DNA of 64,000 bases from Dehalococcoidia bacterium (GTDB lineage: Bacteria; Chloroflexota; Dehalococcoidia; Lucifugimonadales; UBA3495). Numbering within the stretch: the stretch's first letter is position 1; each line of letters begins with the position of its first letter. Location of the stretch: assembly GCA_022823505.1 (NCBI GenBank), contig JAJEIA010000098.1, positions 7,506-71,505 of the forward strand, read 5' to 3'. Both the position numbers and the translations under genes were made by a program. Positions 10,283-20,756 of the stretch are shown here, piece by piece. Under the pieces are notes generated by a model. That model had not been told where the DNA came from and did not search any database. It saw only the letters and a list, made by a program, of their open reading frames with translations.

Positions 10283-11751
10283 AGGGCGGACAACTTCTCC
10301 GCCGCCGCATCCAGCCGCCGCACCACGCGGTCCTGGCCCATGACTTCCATCATCTCGAACAGGGGCGGCGTTGCGGTCCGGCCGGTTATCGCCGACCTCA
10401 GCGCACCGAAGAACTGCCGGCCCGACAACTCGAGGTCCTGGCCGGTGGCCCTGAGAATATTTTCAAGATTTTCGTGATGAAATTCGTTGGCCGGAACCGA
10501 CGCCAAGTCGGACCGGGCCCTCAGGATCACACCGTGGGCGCCTGCTGCATCCATTCCCCTCTGGATCACGCTGGCCGGGTCATAGTCCAGCGTTTCCTCG
10601 AAAAAGTAGGAGAGCATATCCGGGGCGTCGGCCAGGGTCTTGAGCCGTTCCTGCACCAGGGGGACGATCCGGAGCAGGTAATCCCGGTCAATGGGCAGTA
10701 GCCCGGCGGGGTATTCCTTTTCGAGGAAGGGCAAGATCCGGTCGGCCAGGTCTTCGTCGTCCGTTTGGCGGATGTAAACACCATTCATCCACTGCAGCTT
10801 GTCGAGATCGAAGATCGCCGCCGGCTTGCCCACCCGATCGAGAGTGAAGTTGTCCCGAATGGTATCGGCATTCATCACCTCGGTCTCGCCGTCCAGTGAC
10901 CAACCCAGCAGGGCCATGAAGTTGATCAGCGCCTCGGGAAGGAACCCGTCGTCCCGGTACTCCATCAGGGAGGTGGCGCCGTGCCGTTTGGAGAGCTTGG
11001 CCCGATCCGAGCCCAGGATCATGGGGAGGTGACCAAAAGTCGGCATGTCCAGGCCCAGGGCGCGGTACAGCTGCACGTGGCGCGGCGTGCTGGGCAGCCA
11101 TTCCTCAGCACGGAGGACGTGGGAGATTTCCATGGCGTGGTCATCAACCACAACCGCCATATGATAGGTCGGGAAGCCGTCGGACTTCACCAGCACGAAA
11201 TCGTCGGTCAGGTCGTTCTGCCACTCCACGTGCCCGCGGATCGAGTCCTGCACCGAGGTCACGCCGCTCTGGGGCATGGCGAAGCGGAGAACCGCGGACG
11301 CGCCCTCAGCTTCCTTCTCCCCGCGTTCGTCGTCAGAGAGAAAGCGACAGTGGCTGTCGTAGCCTTGCCTCTGCCTGTTGCGGGCCTGCTCCTTGCGTAG
11401 TTCCGCGACGCGCTCCGGGGGACAGTAGCAGCGATACGCGTTGCCGGACGCAATCAGCCGTTCGGCGGCCTGGTGGTAGCGCTCCAGACGCTCCGACTGA
11501 AAGTACGGCCCAAAAGGGCCGCCCACACGCGGGCCCTCGTCCCAGTCGATACCCAGCCATTCCAGCCCATCAAGTATGTGATCAACCGCTCCCTCGGTGA
11601 TGCGGCCCTGGTCGGTGTCCTCCACGCGCACGACGAACTTCCCGCCGTTGCGGCGGGCGAACAGCCAGTTGAACATGGCGGTGCGGATGTTGCCGATGTG
11701 CGGATTCCCGGTGGGGCTGGGCGCGTAACGAACGCGAACGGGCGCGGACAC
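10279..11751 (-). CDS. gltX: glutamate--tRNA ligase
   Basis: RYAPSPTG, HIGN, KLSKR. Confidence 0.97.
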   Translation of the reverse strand: MSAPVRVRYAPSPTGNPHIGNIRTAMFNWLFARRNGGKFVVRVEDTDQGRITEGAVDHILDGLEWLGIDWDEGPRVGGPFGPYFQSERLERYHQAAERLIASGNAYRCYCPPERVAELRKEQARNRQRQGYDSHCRFLSDDERGEKEAEGASAVLRFAMPQSGVTSVQDSIRGHVEWQNDLTDDFVLVKSDGFPTYHMAVVVDDHAMEISHVLRAEEWLPSTPRHVQLYRALGLDMPTFGHLPMILGSDRAKLSKRHGATSLMEYRDDGFLPEALINFMALLGWSLDGETEVMNADTIRDNFTLDRVGKPAAIFDLDKLQWMNGVYIRQTDDEDLADRILPFLEKEYPAGLLPIDRDYLLRIVPLVQERLKTLADAPDMLSYFFEETLDYDPASVIQRGMDAAGAHGVILRARSDLASVPANEFHHENLENILRATGQDLELSGRQFFGALRSAITGRTATPPLFEMMEVMGQDRVVRRLDAAAEKLSAL

Positions 11752-11868
11752 GGCGGTTGGCCTCCTCGTATCTCCGTCCCGGTCGGCTGAGCGACCAACG
11801 GAACGGGTATGTTAGTCAAATGCTGATGGAGCGGCGTTGCGGGCGAGCGGTGGCGGTTATGGTGGGGG

Positions 11869-13563
11869 TTATCCGGCTTGCCGACTGATCCGGGCCCAGG
11901 TGTCGCGGAGCGTCGTTGTGCAGTTGAATACCGGGGCGCCGGGCCGCGTATCGGTGTCGGCGCAGAAGTAACCCAATCGCTCAAACTGGAACCGGTCGCC
12001 GGCCTCCGCATTCGCCAGGGCGGGCTCGGCCATGGCGGTCACCGTTTCCAGCGAGTCGTGGTTGATCAGGTCCAGGAAATCGGTTTCGCTCCCCGCCGGG
12101 TCGGATTCCGTGAACAGGTTGTCGTAGAGACGCACCTCCGCCGGCACGGCGTGATCGACGGCGACCCAGTGAATGGTGCCCTGAACTCTCCGCCCATCCG
12201 GAGCGTTGCCGCCGCGGCTGTCGGGGTCCCAGGTGCAATGCACTTCCACGATTTCGCCCTGCTCGTCCTTCACCACGTCGGTACAGGTGATGAGGCAGGC
12301 GTAGCGCAGGCGAACCTCGCGGCCCGGGGCCAGGCGGTAGAACCGTCGGGGCGGGTCCTCCATGAAATCGTCTCGCTCGATGTACACCTCGCGGCTGAAG
12401 GGCACGCTGCGCGTTCCCATGGTCGCGTCTTCTGGGTTGTTGATGGCGTCGAACTCTTCGCTGCCCCCAGCGGGGTAGTTGGTGATCACCACCTTCAGGG
12501 GATCCAACACGGCCATGCGCCGTGGAGCCCTGCGGTTCAGGTCCTCGCGGAGACAGTGTTCGAGCAGCGCGAGTTCGGTCATCGAGTTGCGACGCGCCAC
12601 GCCCACGCGCTCGCACATATCGCGGATCGACTCCGGAGTGTACCCGCGGCGGCGCAGGGCGCTGAGGGTGGGCATGCGCGGGTCGTCCCACCCGGCAACG
12701 TGGCCCTCTTCGACCAGTTGCCGCAATCGTCGCTTGCTCATCACGGTGTGCGTCAGGTTGAGCCTGGCAAACTCGATTTGGCGGCTGCGGTATATGCCCA
12801 GCACCTCCTGGCACCAGTCGTAAAGCGGCCGATGATCCTCGAACTCCAGCGTGCACAGCGAATGGGTGATGTGCTCGATGGAATCGGACAGCGAGTGGGC
12901 GTAGTCGTACATGGGGTAGATGCACCAGTCGCTGCCGGTGCGATGGTGCTCTGCGTGGCGGATGCGATAGAGCACCGGGTCCCGCATGTTGAGGTTGGGC
13001 GACGCCATGTCTATTTTGGCGCGCAGGACGTACTCGCCGTCGGCGAACTCGCCGGCCCGCATCCGGCGGAACAGGTCCAGGCTCTCCTCGGCCGGCCGGT
13101 GGCGGTCGGGGCTCTCCTGCCCAGGCTCGGTGAGCGTGCCGCGGAAATCCCTGATTTCGTCGGCGGTGAGGCTGTCCACGTAGGCGTTGCCGTCGAGGAT
13201 CAACTGCTCCGCGTAGTCGTACAGCTGCTCAAAATAGTCGGACGCGTAGAACAGGTTGTCGCCCCAGTCGAAACCCAACCACTTGACGTCCGCGAGGATC
13301 GATTCAACGTACTCGATGTCCTCGCGGGTTGGGTTGGTGTCGTCGAACCGCATGTGGCACCGGGCGCCGTGGTATTGCTCGCCGACGCCAAAGTTCAGGC
13401 AGATCGACTTGGCATGCCCGATGTGGAGGTACCCGTTGGGCTCGGGCGGGAAGCGTGTCACCACGCGACCGTCGTAGGCGCCGGCGGCCTGGTCCTCGTT
13501 GATGATGGCGCGGATGAAGTCGGAAGGGGGTTCAGTGGTTGTCGGAGTTGGGTTCAAGGTCAT
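11869..13563 (-). CDS. glnS: glutamine--tRNA ligase
   Basis: [39 protein letters not shown]. Confidence 0.97.
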   Translation of the reverse strand: MTLNPTPTTTEPPSDFIRAIINEDQAAGAYDGRVVTRFPPEPNGYLHIGHAKSICLNFGVGEQYHGARCHMRFDDTNPTREDIEYVESILADVKWLGFDWGDNLFYASDYFEQLYDYAEQLILDGNAYVDSLTADEIRDFRGTLTEPGQESPDRHRPAEESLDLFRRMRAGEFADGEYVLRAKIDMASPNLNMRDPVLYRIRHAEHHRTGSDWCIYPMYDYAHSLSDSIEHITHSLCTLEFEDHRPLYDWCQEVLGIYRSRQIEFARLNLTHTVMSKRRLRQLVEEGHVAGWDDPRMPTLSALRRRGYTPESIRDMCERVGVARRNSMTELALLEHCLREDLNRRAPRRMAVLDPLKVVITNYPAGGSEEFDAINNPEDATMGTRSVPFSREVYIERDDFMEDPPRRFYRLAPGREVRLRYACLITCTDVVKDEQGEIVEVHCTWDPDSRGGNAPDGRRVQGTIHWVAVDHAVPAEVRLYDNLFTESDPAGSETDFLDLINHDSLETVTAMAEPALANAEAGDRFQFERLGYFCADTDTRPGAPVFNCTTTLRDTWARISRQAG

Positions 13564-13683
13564 GTCGGTAGCCTGGTATCGCTTATCCGTCGCAGCGGCG
13601 TGGTTAGTTTACAATTATATCCGTTTCCGATCTTACGGCCATATCGGCGGCGCGGCGAAAAGTTCGGGGCCGGAAACTCTGCA

Positions 13684-15750
13684 ATGCTCAATTTTCTGAA
13701 ACCCCAGCCCACCCTCACTGAGCAGGAAACCGGGCGCAGTCTCCGCTACATGGGTTGGGGAAATATATCCTTCGGCGCGATGTGGGGATTGGGGAGCGGC
13801 GGTATGATGGCCGCCTACGCGCTGGCTCTGGGCGCCAACAACCTGCAGGTGGGGATACTGGCGGCTTTGCCCTTTATGGCGCAGGTGACGCGACTGCCCG
13901 TCATTCTGCTGGTGGCAAAGTTTCGCTCCCGGAAGGTCCTGGGGTGGCCGGCGTTCGCGGGGATGCAACTGGCTTGGCTCCTGATGGGTCTGGTTCCCCT
14001 GATTTGGGAAACCCCGAGCAATATGGCCGTGCTGATGGCGATCATATTCCTCGGAGCGTGGGGCATCCTCTCCTCGACGTGGGCCATAACGTCCGTCACC
14101 TGGCTGCGGGATCTGGTTCCGCCCGACAACATGGCCAGTTATTTTGGCCGCCGTCTGGCCCGGGTCACCATCGCCGCCTCGGTGGTGGGGTTGGCGGGCA
14201 GCTTTTTCGTCCGGTGGTGGGAGAACGCATCCGCTCCAGGTGACGAAGCACTGGCTTTTTCATTCCTGTTGATCGGCGGCGTCTGCACTTTCGGAATCTT
14301 CGGCCCCTTTGCGGTGTCCCGGGTGACGGAGCCGATGATGCCCCCGTCTTCCGCATCCTGGCAGTCTCCGGTCAAGATGTTGCTGGAGCCGGTTCGGGAT
14401 CTCAACTACTCACGACTGCTCAAGTTCCTTTTCGTGTGGAGCGTTACGTCCAACCTGGCGATACCATTCTTCGCGGTGTACATGCTGACGGTCATCGGGC
14501 TGTCGGTTCCAACGGTCATGGCGCTGACCGTATTGGGGCAGCTTTCCAACGTGATTTTCGTGCGCGTGTGGGGCGGATTCGCCGATCGCGTGGGGAGCAA
14601 AACGGTTCTGTCGCTGTCGGCCTCGCTGTATCTGCTGGTCATCATCGGGTGGGTGTTCACCACCTACCCGGAGCGTTACTTTCTGACCATGCCCTTGCTG
14701 GTGGCGCTGCACCTGCTGGGCGGGGCGGCGGCGTCCGGGGTGACGCTCACCTTGAATACCTTGTCGCTCAAGGTGGCTCCGGAAGGGCGGGTCGTGCCGT
14801 TTTCCGGGGTGGCCGGAATGATCACCGGCCTGGGCGCTGGAATTGGGCCCGTCCTGGGGGGCCTGATTGCCGATTACCTGTCGGTGCGCTCCCTCGACCT
14901 GAGCGTCACATGGTCGGCGCCCGGCGGGATGACAACACTGCCGTCGGTGTCGCTGTCCGGTTTTGAGTTCCTGTTTGGTCTCGCCTTTGTGCTGGGCTTG
15001 CTGTCCCTGAACCTGTTGGTGCCCCTGCGTGAGGAGGGCGAAATTTCCCGGGACGCCGCGCTGGCCGACCTGATGGCCGGAATGGCCCCCGTGGCCCGGG
15101 TCGTCTCGTCCGTGCCGGGGCTGAATATGATGTCATCCCTGTCCTACGGATACCTGCGGCGCATTCCCGGCGCCGACGTGGCCATCGGCGTGACGGCATA
15201 CCAGTTGGCGGCTTCCACACAGGCGGCGGTCGTGTCCGCCGGACGCGGACGCGCCGGGGCGACGGAGGTGGCCCAAAGGGTGGGAACCGTCCTGAGCCGC
15301 ACCACGGAGCGCATGGCGGACGCGGCGGATAACGGGCTGGAACTGGCTCGCCATGCCACCCGGGGAGCGGTTCACGCCGTAGACGACATCACCGGAGAGC
15401 TGGGCAACGTTACCCAGGGGGCCATGCTGGGCACGTTGCGAACTTTGCAACAACTGCAGGTGGCGCCGGCCGAAGCGCTACGTGGGGGTGCCCACGGGGT
15501 GATCCAGGGCGCAGTTGAAGCCCAACGAGACCTGACCGCGGCGGTCGAGGCAGCATTGGCAGCGGCGCGACAAGCAGCCTCGGAACTGGGCATGACCGAC
15601 GAAGAAGCGGTGACCGCGGCAGCGGCTGGCATACGGGAAGCAGCCGAGGGTTTGGAGTCCGAGGGATTCGAGGCGGTTATCTCGGCACTGCCTGAAATCG
15701 TCACCCCGGGAGAGGGGGAGCGGGAAGTCCCCGGGGAGAACGCAGCGTAA
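13684..15750 (+). CDS. MFS transporter with a long Ala/Gly-rich C-terminal extension
   Basis: about 12 hydrophobic segments, WGGFADRVGSK motif-A-like loop; true start near ATG 13684 (the upstream part of the 11878 ORF is antisense to glnS). Confidence 0.85.
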   Translation: MLNFLKPQPTLTEQETGRSLRYMGWGNISFGAMWGLGSGGMMAAYALALGANNLQVGILAALPFMAQVTRLPVILLVAKFRSRKVLGWPAFAGMQLAWLLMGLVPLIWETPSNMAVLMAIIFLGAWGILSSTWAITSVTWLRDLVPPDNMASYFGRRLARVTIAASVVGLAGSFFVRWWENASAPGDEALAFSFLLIGGVCTFGIFGPFAVSRVTEPMMPPSSASWQSPVKMLLEPVRDLNYSRLLKFLFVWSVTSNLAIPFFAVYMLTVIGLSVPTVMALTVLGQLSNVIFVRVWGGFADRVGSKTVLSLSASLYLLVIIGWVFTTYPERYFLTMPLLVALHLLGGAAASGVTLTLNTLSLKVAPEGRVVPFSGVAGMITGLGAGIGPVLGGLIADYLSVRSLDLSVTWSAPGGMTTLPSVSLSGFEFLFGLAFVLGLLSLNLLVPLREEGEISRDAALADLMAGMAPVARVVSSVPGLNMMSSLSYGYLRRIPGADVAIGVTAYQLAASTQAAVVSAGRGRAGATEVAQRVGTVLSRTTERMADAADNGLELARHATRGAVHAVDDITGELGNVTQGAMLGTLRTLQQLQVAPAEALRGGAHGVIQGAVEAQRDLTAAVEAALAAARQAASELGMTDEEAVTAAAAGIREAAEGLESEGFEAVISALPEIVTPGEGEREVPGENAA

Positions 15751-16660
15751 CCAGGACGCGCGCCAGATCGTCGGGCAGCGCCGCCTCGTGGTCAGTCCAC
15801 GCACCGCTGACGGGATGGTGGAAACCAAGGCGCGCCGCGTGCAGGAATTGCCGGCCAACCAGAGCGCTGGCTTTGCCGTACCCGACGTCGCCCAGCAGCG
15901 GGTAGCCCAGGTACGCCAGGTGGACCCGAATCTGGTGCGTTCGACCCGTTTCGAGCACGAGGTTGAGCAGGGTGTGTCCCTCCATCGCCTCCAGCGTCTC
16001 GTAATGGGTGCGAGCCAAACGCCCCCCGGCGTCCACGGCCATCTTCTGGCGGTGCCGCGGGTCCCGCGCGACGGGCGCGTCGATGGTCCCATTCTCGGGA
16101 GTGACCATGCCCACGGCCACGGCCAGGTATTCCTTCCGGAACTCGCGGTTCTTCAGCTGCTCGGTGAGGCGCTGGTGGGCCGCCTGCGTCTTGGCGACTA
16201 CCAAGAGGCCTGAGGTGTCCAGGTCGAGTCGGTGCACGATGCCGGGGCGCAACTCGCCGCCGATCCCGCGGATGTCGGGACACCGGGCCAACAGGGCGTT
16301 GACCAGGGTGCCGTCAGGATGCCCCGGCCCCGGGTGCACCGGTAGGCCCGCGGGTTTGTCCACGACGATCAGGTGCTCGTCCTCGTACACGGCCGGAACC
16401 GGTATGTCCTGCGGGATCAGGTCCGCGGGAGACCGGGCCGGCGGCACGCAAACGATGATCGCGTCCCCGGGCCGAATCCGTTGCGCTGGACGGGCGACGC
16501 CTCCATTGATGGTGATCCTGCCTTCGCCCGCCAGGGCCTGCAGGCGGCTGCGGGAGAGCCCGCTTTTGGACAACGCCGGTTGGGATGCCAGCCAAGCGTC
16601 GAGCCGGGACGGGTCGGAACTGCCGTCCACGACAAATTCGTACCGCTCGCTTTTGCTCAA
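15701..16660 (-). CDS. rluD: RluA/RluD-family pseudouridine synthase
   Basis: S4 domain, VDKPAG, HRLDLDTSG, ETGRTHQIRVH. Confidence 0.93.
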   Translation of the reverse strand: MSKSERYEFVVDGSSDPSRLDAWLASQPALSKSGLSRSRLQALAGEGRITINGGVARPAQRIRPGDAIIVCVPPARSPADLIPQDIPVPAVYEDEHLIVVDKPAGLPVHPGPGHPDGTLVNALLARCPDIRGIGGELRPGIVHRLDLDTSGLLVVAKTQAAHQRLTEQLKNREFRKEYLAVAVGMVTPENGTIDAPVARDPRHRQKMAVDAGGRLARTHYETLEAMEGHTLLNLVLETGRTHQIRVHLAYLGYPLLGDVGYGKASALVGRQFLHAARLGFHHPVSGAWTDHEAALPDDLARVLVTLRSPRGLPAPPLPG

Positions 16661-16672
16661 TCCCGCAAACCT

Positions 16673-17299
16673 CTAATCCGGCAAATCCTGCTGCCGTTGG
16701 GCCACGAAGCGTTCGCGGACTCCGCAGTCGGCGCAGCGCGCGCCGTTGGGCAGGCTGATCATGGCGCCGTCGCAAATCGGGCAGGCGGCGTAGGCTGTGG
16801 CATTATCGGGTATCGCCTCAACCGGCTTTTCTCGATGCACCACCAGCACCCACGCCAGGATCAGAAGGCCGACCACTATCCAAGAATCGGCCAGGTTGAA
16901 CACCGGCCAGGGTCCGATGTCGATGAAGTCGGTCACGTGGCCCTGCCAGATGCGGTCCAGGAGATTGCCCAGCGCCCCGCCCAGCATCAGCGCGATGCTG
17001 ATCCGCATCAGGAGGCCGGGCCGTTCCTGGGTCCGGTAGATGTACGCCAGCACCGCCACGCCCACCAGCGACACGATCAGCAGAGGAAGGTTGTTGCCCT
17101 GGAACAGCCCGAACGCGCTGCCGGTGTTCTGCACGTGGGTGAAGCGGAAGAAACCGTACACCGGCCAGGAGTGATGCCATTCCAGGGTTTGCCGGACCAC
17201 GAATTTGGTGAGTTGGTCCAGCGCCAGGGCCAGCGCCGCCAGCTGCAGCAGGGTCCAATCCCGATAAATAGGCGTGCGATCTCTCCGCGGCCGGGACAT
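16673..17299 (-). CDS. lspA: lipoprotein signal peptidase II with C-terminal Zn-ribbon
   Basis: DQLTK, NTGSAF, GNLLDR, VFNLAD; tail CPIC...CADC. Confidence 0.93.
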   Translation of the reverse strand: MSRPRRDRTPIYRDWTLLQLAALALALDQLTKFVVRQTLEWHHSWPVYGFFRFTHVQNTGSAFGLFQGNNLPLLIVSLVGVAVLAYIYRTQERPGLLMRISIALMLGGALGNLLDRIWQGHVTDFIDIGPWPVFNLADSWIVVGLLILAWVLVVHREKPVEAIPDNATAYAACPICDGAMISLPNGARCADCGVRERFVAQRQQDLPD

Positions 17300-17302
17300 G
17301 GG

Positions 17303-17947
17303 CTAGGGAGTGGCCAGATGGTCCAGGAAGAATTGCACCACCTTCTCGGCCATCTGGCGTTCCTGCCCCACCCAGAAGTGGTCCGCGCCGGGCACCACGT
17401 GATAGTCGACCGGGGGATCGAATTTGCCCAGTTGCGCGTCGACGCCTTCGGCGTTGACGAGGCGGTCCCGGTCGCCGGTGATGATCATGCGGGGCGTCTT
17501 GTCCTTCTGTAGCGGGCTGTCGGTGATCGCCTCGATGGACGGAGCAACCAGCGCGATGGCCCGGGGCTTCTTGTACAGCTGCTTGTGCGCGCAGATAACG
17601 CGCGTGCTGAACGAATATCCACCCAGGCCGATCCGGTCGTCGTTCACGTCGGGCAGCGCGCCGAGGAAGTCCATGGCCACCAGGGTCTCCTGGTGTTCCT
17701 TCTCGCCGTGAGCGTGCTCCCCCTGGCTGTTGCCCACACCGCGGAAGTTGAACCGCAGCGAGGCGATGCCGGCGTCGGCCAGCCCGAAGGTCACGGCCAC
17801 CACCACGTTGTTGTCCATGCTCCCGCCGTGCAGCGGATGGGGATGGCACATCACCACGCCGGGAAACGGTCCCTCGCCGTCCGGCAAAGCGATGATGCCC
17901 TCCAGGGTCATTCCTTTGGCTATGAAACTGACCGCGCTCTGTCGCAT
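17303..17947 (-). CDS. alpha/beta hydrolase
   Basis: HPHPLHGGSM, RFNFRG, GYSF, GADHF; GGAGG RBS. Confidence 0.9.
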   Translation of the reverse strand: MRQSAVSFIAKGMTLEGIIALPDGEGPFPGVVMCHPHPLHGGSMDNNVVVAVTFGLADAGIASLRFNFRGVGNSQGEHAHGEKEHQETLVAMDFLGALPDVNDDRIGLGGYSFSTRVICAHKQLYKKPRAIALVAPSIEAITDSPLQKDKTPRMIITGDRDRLVNAEGVDAQLGKFDPPVDYHVVPGADHFWVGQERQMAEKVVQFFLDHLATP

Positions 17948-18111
17948 ATTGCCGCCTCCGGCCAAAATTGTGCAGATGGTTACGGTTGAAACATGATAGC
18001 AGGTTCGGATAACACATGGCCCGGCAGGCGCCGCCGTGCATTGTGCTAGAATGGCGCCGACCGGGCATCGGCCAGGGCAAAGCGAGAATATCGACCGATT
18101 CAGGAGGCTCC

Positions 18112-19170
18112 ATGGCAGTCATCGACCTGCGCAGCGACACCATTACCCACCCCACCGACGAGATGCGCCGGGCGATGGCCGAAGCCGAGGTCGGCGACGA
18201 CGTGTTCGGGGAGGACCCCTCGATCAACGCGTTGCAGGAACGTGCTGCCGAAATGCTTGGTCAGGAGGCCGGCCTCCTGACCGCCAGCGGCACGATGAGC
18301 AACCTGATCGCCGCCCTGACCTGGTGCAGCCGGGGCGATGAGATGATCATGGGTCAGGAAGCCCACATGTTCTGGAACGAGTCAGGGGGGCCGACGGCGT
18401 TGTCCGGCGCGCAGGTCCGGTTGGTTCCCAATGAGGCCAACGGCCGGATCTCGGCGGAATCCGTGGCGGGCGCCGTCCGTGACGCTTCCAACATCCACGT
18501 TCCGGCGACAACGCTGGTTTGCCTGGAGAACACGCACAACCGTTGCAGCGGCGGCGTGATGACTCCGCAGGACACCCGGGAGGTCGTCGACGTCGCCCAC
18601 GCGGCCGGCGCAGCGGTGCACCTGGATGGGGCGCGCATTTTCAACGCCGCGGTGGCGTTGGAGGTCCCCGTATCCGAACTGACCAAGGACGTGGACGACG
18701 TGAGCTTCTGCCTTTCCAAGGCGCTGTCCTGTCCGGTGGGTTCGGTACTGTGCGGCTCCCAGGAGTTCATCGCGCGGGCGCGCAAGTGGCGGAAGATGGT
18801 GGGTGGCGGGATGCGGCAAGCCGGCGTGCTCGCCGCGGCCGGCCTGGTTGCCCTGGATACCATGGTCGAGCGATTGGCCGACGACCACGCCAACGCGCGC
18901 CGCTTGGCCGCCGGCCTCGCCGACATCGATGGCCTCACGGTCGACCCGGACAGCATCCACACCAACATCGTCATCTTCGAGGTTGACCGCGACAAGGTCG
19001 GCGAGGCCCGCGAAGTCATCGCCGCCCTGCGCGAGGACGGCGTGCTGGTCAGCCACAGCCGCGAGCAGTCGCTGCGCATGGTCACCCACCGGCACATTTC
19101 CTCGGCCGACGTGGACGAGGCGTTGTCGCGCGTCAACGGGACCGTGCGACGGTTGGCGGCCGCCAACTAG
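18112..19170 (+). CDS. ltaE: low-specificity L-threonine aldolase
   Basis: DLRSDT, GDDVFGEDP, SGTMSNL, LENTHN, HLDGAR, CLSK. Confidence 0.95.
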   Translation: MAVIDLRSDTITHPTDEMRRAMAEAEVGDDVFGEDPSINALQERAAEMLGQEAGLLTASGTMSNLIAALTWCSRGDEMIMGQEAHMFWNESGGPTALSGAQVRLVPNEANGRISAESVAGAVRDASNIHVPATTLVCLENTHNRCSGGVMTPQDTREVVDVAHAAGAAVHLDGARIFNAAVALEVPVSELTKDVDDVSFCLSKALSCPVGSVLCGSQEFIARARKWRKMVGGGMRQAGVLAAAGLVALDTMVERLADDHANARRLAAGLADIDGLTVDPDSIHTNIVIFEVDRDKVGEAREVIAALREDGVLVSHSREQSLRMVTHRHISSADVDEALSRVNGTVRRLAAAN

Positions 19171-19179
19171 AGGTCAGGC

Positions 19180-19770
19180 ATGGCTGAGTTCGCCATAAAT
19201 CGGGAGACCACCGCGCTGCTCATCGCCGATTTCTACGCTGAGGCAATGGGCAACCTGCCCCACGCCGTCGAGCGCGGTGTCGTGGCGCGAACTGTCGGTC
19301 TGCAGGCGGCCGCCCGCGAAGCGGGCCTGATGGTCTGCTACTGCGCGACGGTGTTCCGACCCGGGTATCCCGAGATCAGCCAGCGCAACAAGACCTTCAG
19401 CGCGCGCAAGGCCTCGGAGCAGCCGGCGGTGTTCGATCCGGTGTCCATCATCCATCCGGACGTGCGTCCTCGTGACGACGAGGTGGTGGTGGGCAAACAT
19501 CGGGTCAACGCCCTGTTCGGCACGGGCCTGGATGTCGCGCTGACCGGAAACAATATCGACACCATAATACTGCTGGGATATGCGACCAGCGGCGTGGTGC
19601 TGTCCACCACGCGCTTCGCCGCCGACCGGGATTATCGGCTGTACATCGTCGAGGACTGCTGCGCCGACAGCGAGCCGGACGTACACGATTTCCTGATCGG
19701 TCGCATCCTGAACCGTCAGGCGGACATCGTGTCCGCCGATGAGGCCATCCTGGCTATCCGCTCGTCCTGA
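19180..19770 (+). CDS. isochorismatase/cysteine hydrolase family protein
   Basis: TALLIADF, KHRVNA, GYATSGVVLST, EDCCAD. Confidence 0.88.
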   Translation: MAEFAINRETTALLIADFYAEAMGNLPHAVERGVVARTVGLQAAAREAGLMVCYCATVFRPGYPEISQRNKTFSARKASEQPAVFDPVSIIHPDVRPRDDEVVVGKHRVNALFGTGLDVALTGNNIDTIILLGYATSGVVLSTTRFAADRDYRLYIVEDCCADSEPDVHDFLIGRILNRQADIVSADEAILAIRSS

Positions 19771-19826
19771 AGCCGGCGGGACGCCGTGGCGCGTCGCCGG
19801 TGTACGGATGAGCCGGTCCTTGCCCC

Positions 19827-20756
19827 ATGCTCCGGCAATCCGCGTCCCCCACCGCAGATATCAGCGTAGCTATCGACTCACGCCCCCTTCACGCCGGGGA
19901 CACCCTGGAGGTCGAAGTCCAGGTCACTCCGCACGTTTCTTTCCAGGCGGCCCTTGGGATCCTGCGGCTGTCCCAGATCGAATTGATGCGCGTGGATTCC
20001 GCCCGTGACGCCGTGCCGCAGATGATGTTGCCCGGCCGGCGTGGCTCCCGTGGTTCAGTCGGCCCCGGGCACATCGACGAGGTGTTCGCGGACGACGTTC
20101 CGATGCAAGAAGGCGTGACGCAGAGTTTCCCGGTACGGATGCGGCTGCCGGACGCGGCGCCGCCCACCGTCAAGGGCAAATTTGCCCGCATCTCGTGGGA
20201 ACTGTCGGCGACAATATTGACGCGGGCCGACTGGTTGCCAACGAGTGACGGATGGCTGGCCAACCTGGCCCGGGGCCGGGCGGCCCACTGCCAGCAGGAA
20301 CTGGTCGTGTTCAGTCGGTCAGATGTGGACCCAATGGACGGCTTGCCGTTGATCGATGAGCTTCCGGCCAGCAGGTCCTACCGCAGCGTCACGATGGATC
20401 TGTCGCTGGACTCGGCGCAGGTCGCCAACGGGGGCATCGTGACCGGGAACTTGTCAGTCAGAGCCCGTTCGGCGTTCAAGGCGCGCGAATTGCGCGTGGA
20501 ATTGACGCGCTGGGAACGCTCGGGAAGCAAGCAGGCGCGGGTCATCGAGCGGTCCGAGGTCCTGCAGCGGCCGGCTGTCCTGGCCGCGGACGAGGAGACC
20601 CACTGGGCTTTCCGGTTGGCGGTGCCCGACCCCCTCATGCCCTCGGTCCTGGCGAACCACACCTTTGTCGGGTGGCAGGTGCGGGCCGTCATTGACCGGA
20701 AGCTGCGCCCCAACCAGTCGGTATCGCAGCTGCTGCACGTCTTTACATCGCCCTGA
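19827..20756 (+). CDS. arrestin-fold / SpoOM-like protein
   Basis: two beta-sandwich halves ending LPDAAPPT...ISWEL and VPDPLMPS...VGWQV. Confidence 0.6.
   Translation: MLRQSASPTADISVAIDSRPLHAGDTLEVEVQVTPHVSFQAALGILRLSQIELMRVDSARDAVPQMMLPGRRGSRGSVGPGHIDEVFADDVPMQEGVTQSFPVRMRLPDAAPPTVKGKFARISWELSATILTRADWLPTSDGWLANLARGRAAHCQQELVVFSRSDVDPMDGLPLIDELPASRSYRSVTMDLSLDSAQVANGGIVTGNLSVRARSAFKARELRVELTRWERSGSKQARVIERSEVLQRPAVLAADEETHWAFRLAVPDPLMPSVLANHTFVGWQVRAVIDRKLRPNQSVSQLLHVFTSP

Noticed and set aside
11878-13683. 1290-aa ORF suggesting a giant fusion protein
   Set aside because: The first 602 codons are the stop-free antisense shadow of glnS in high-GC DNA; the MFS starts near 13684.
19180-19770. 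Isochorismatase lacking the catalytic Cys (GYATSGVV)
   Set aside because: The ATSGVVLST variant is a widespread subfamily, not novel.
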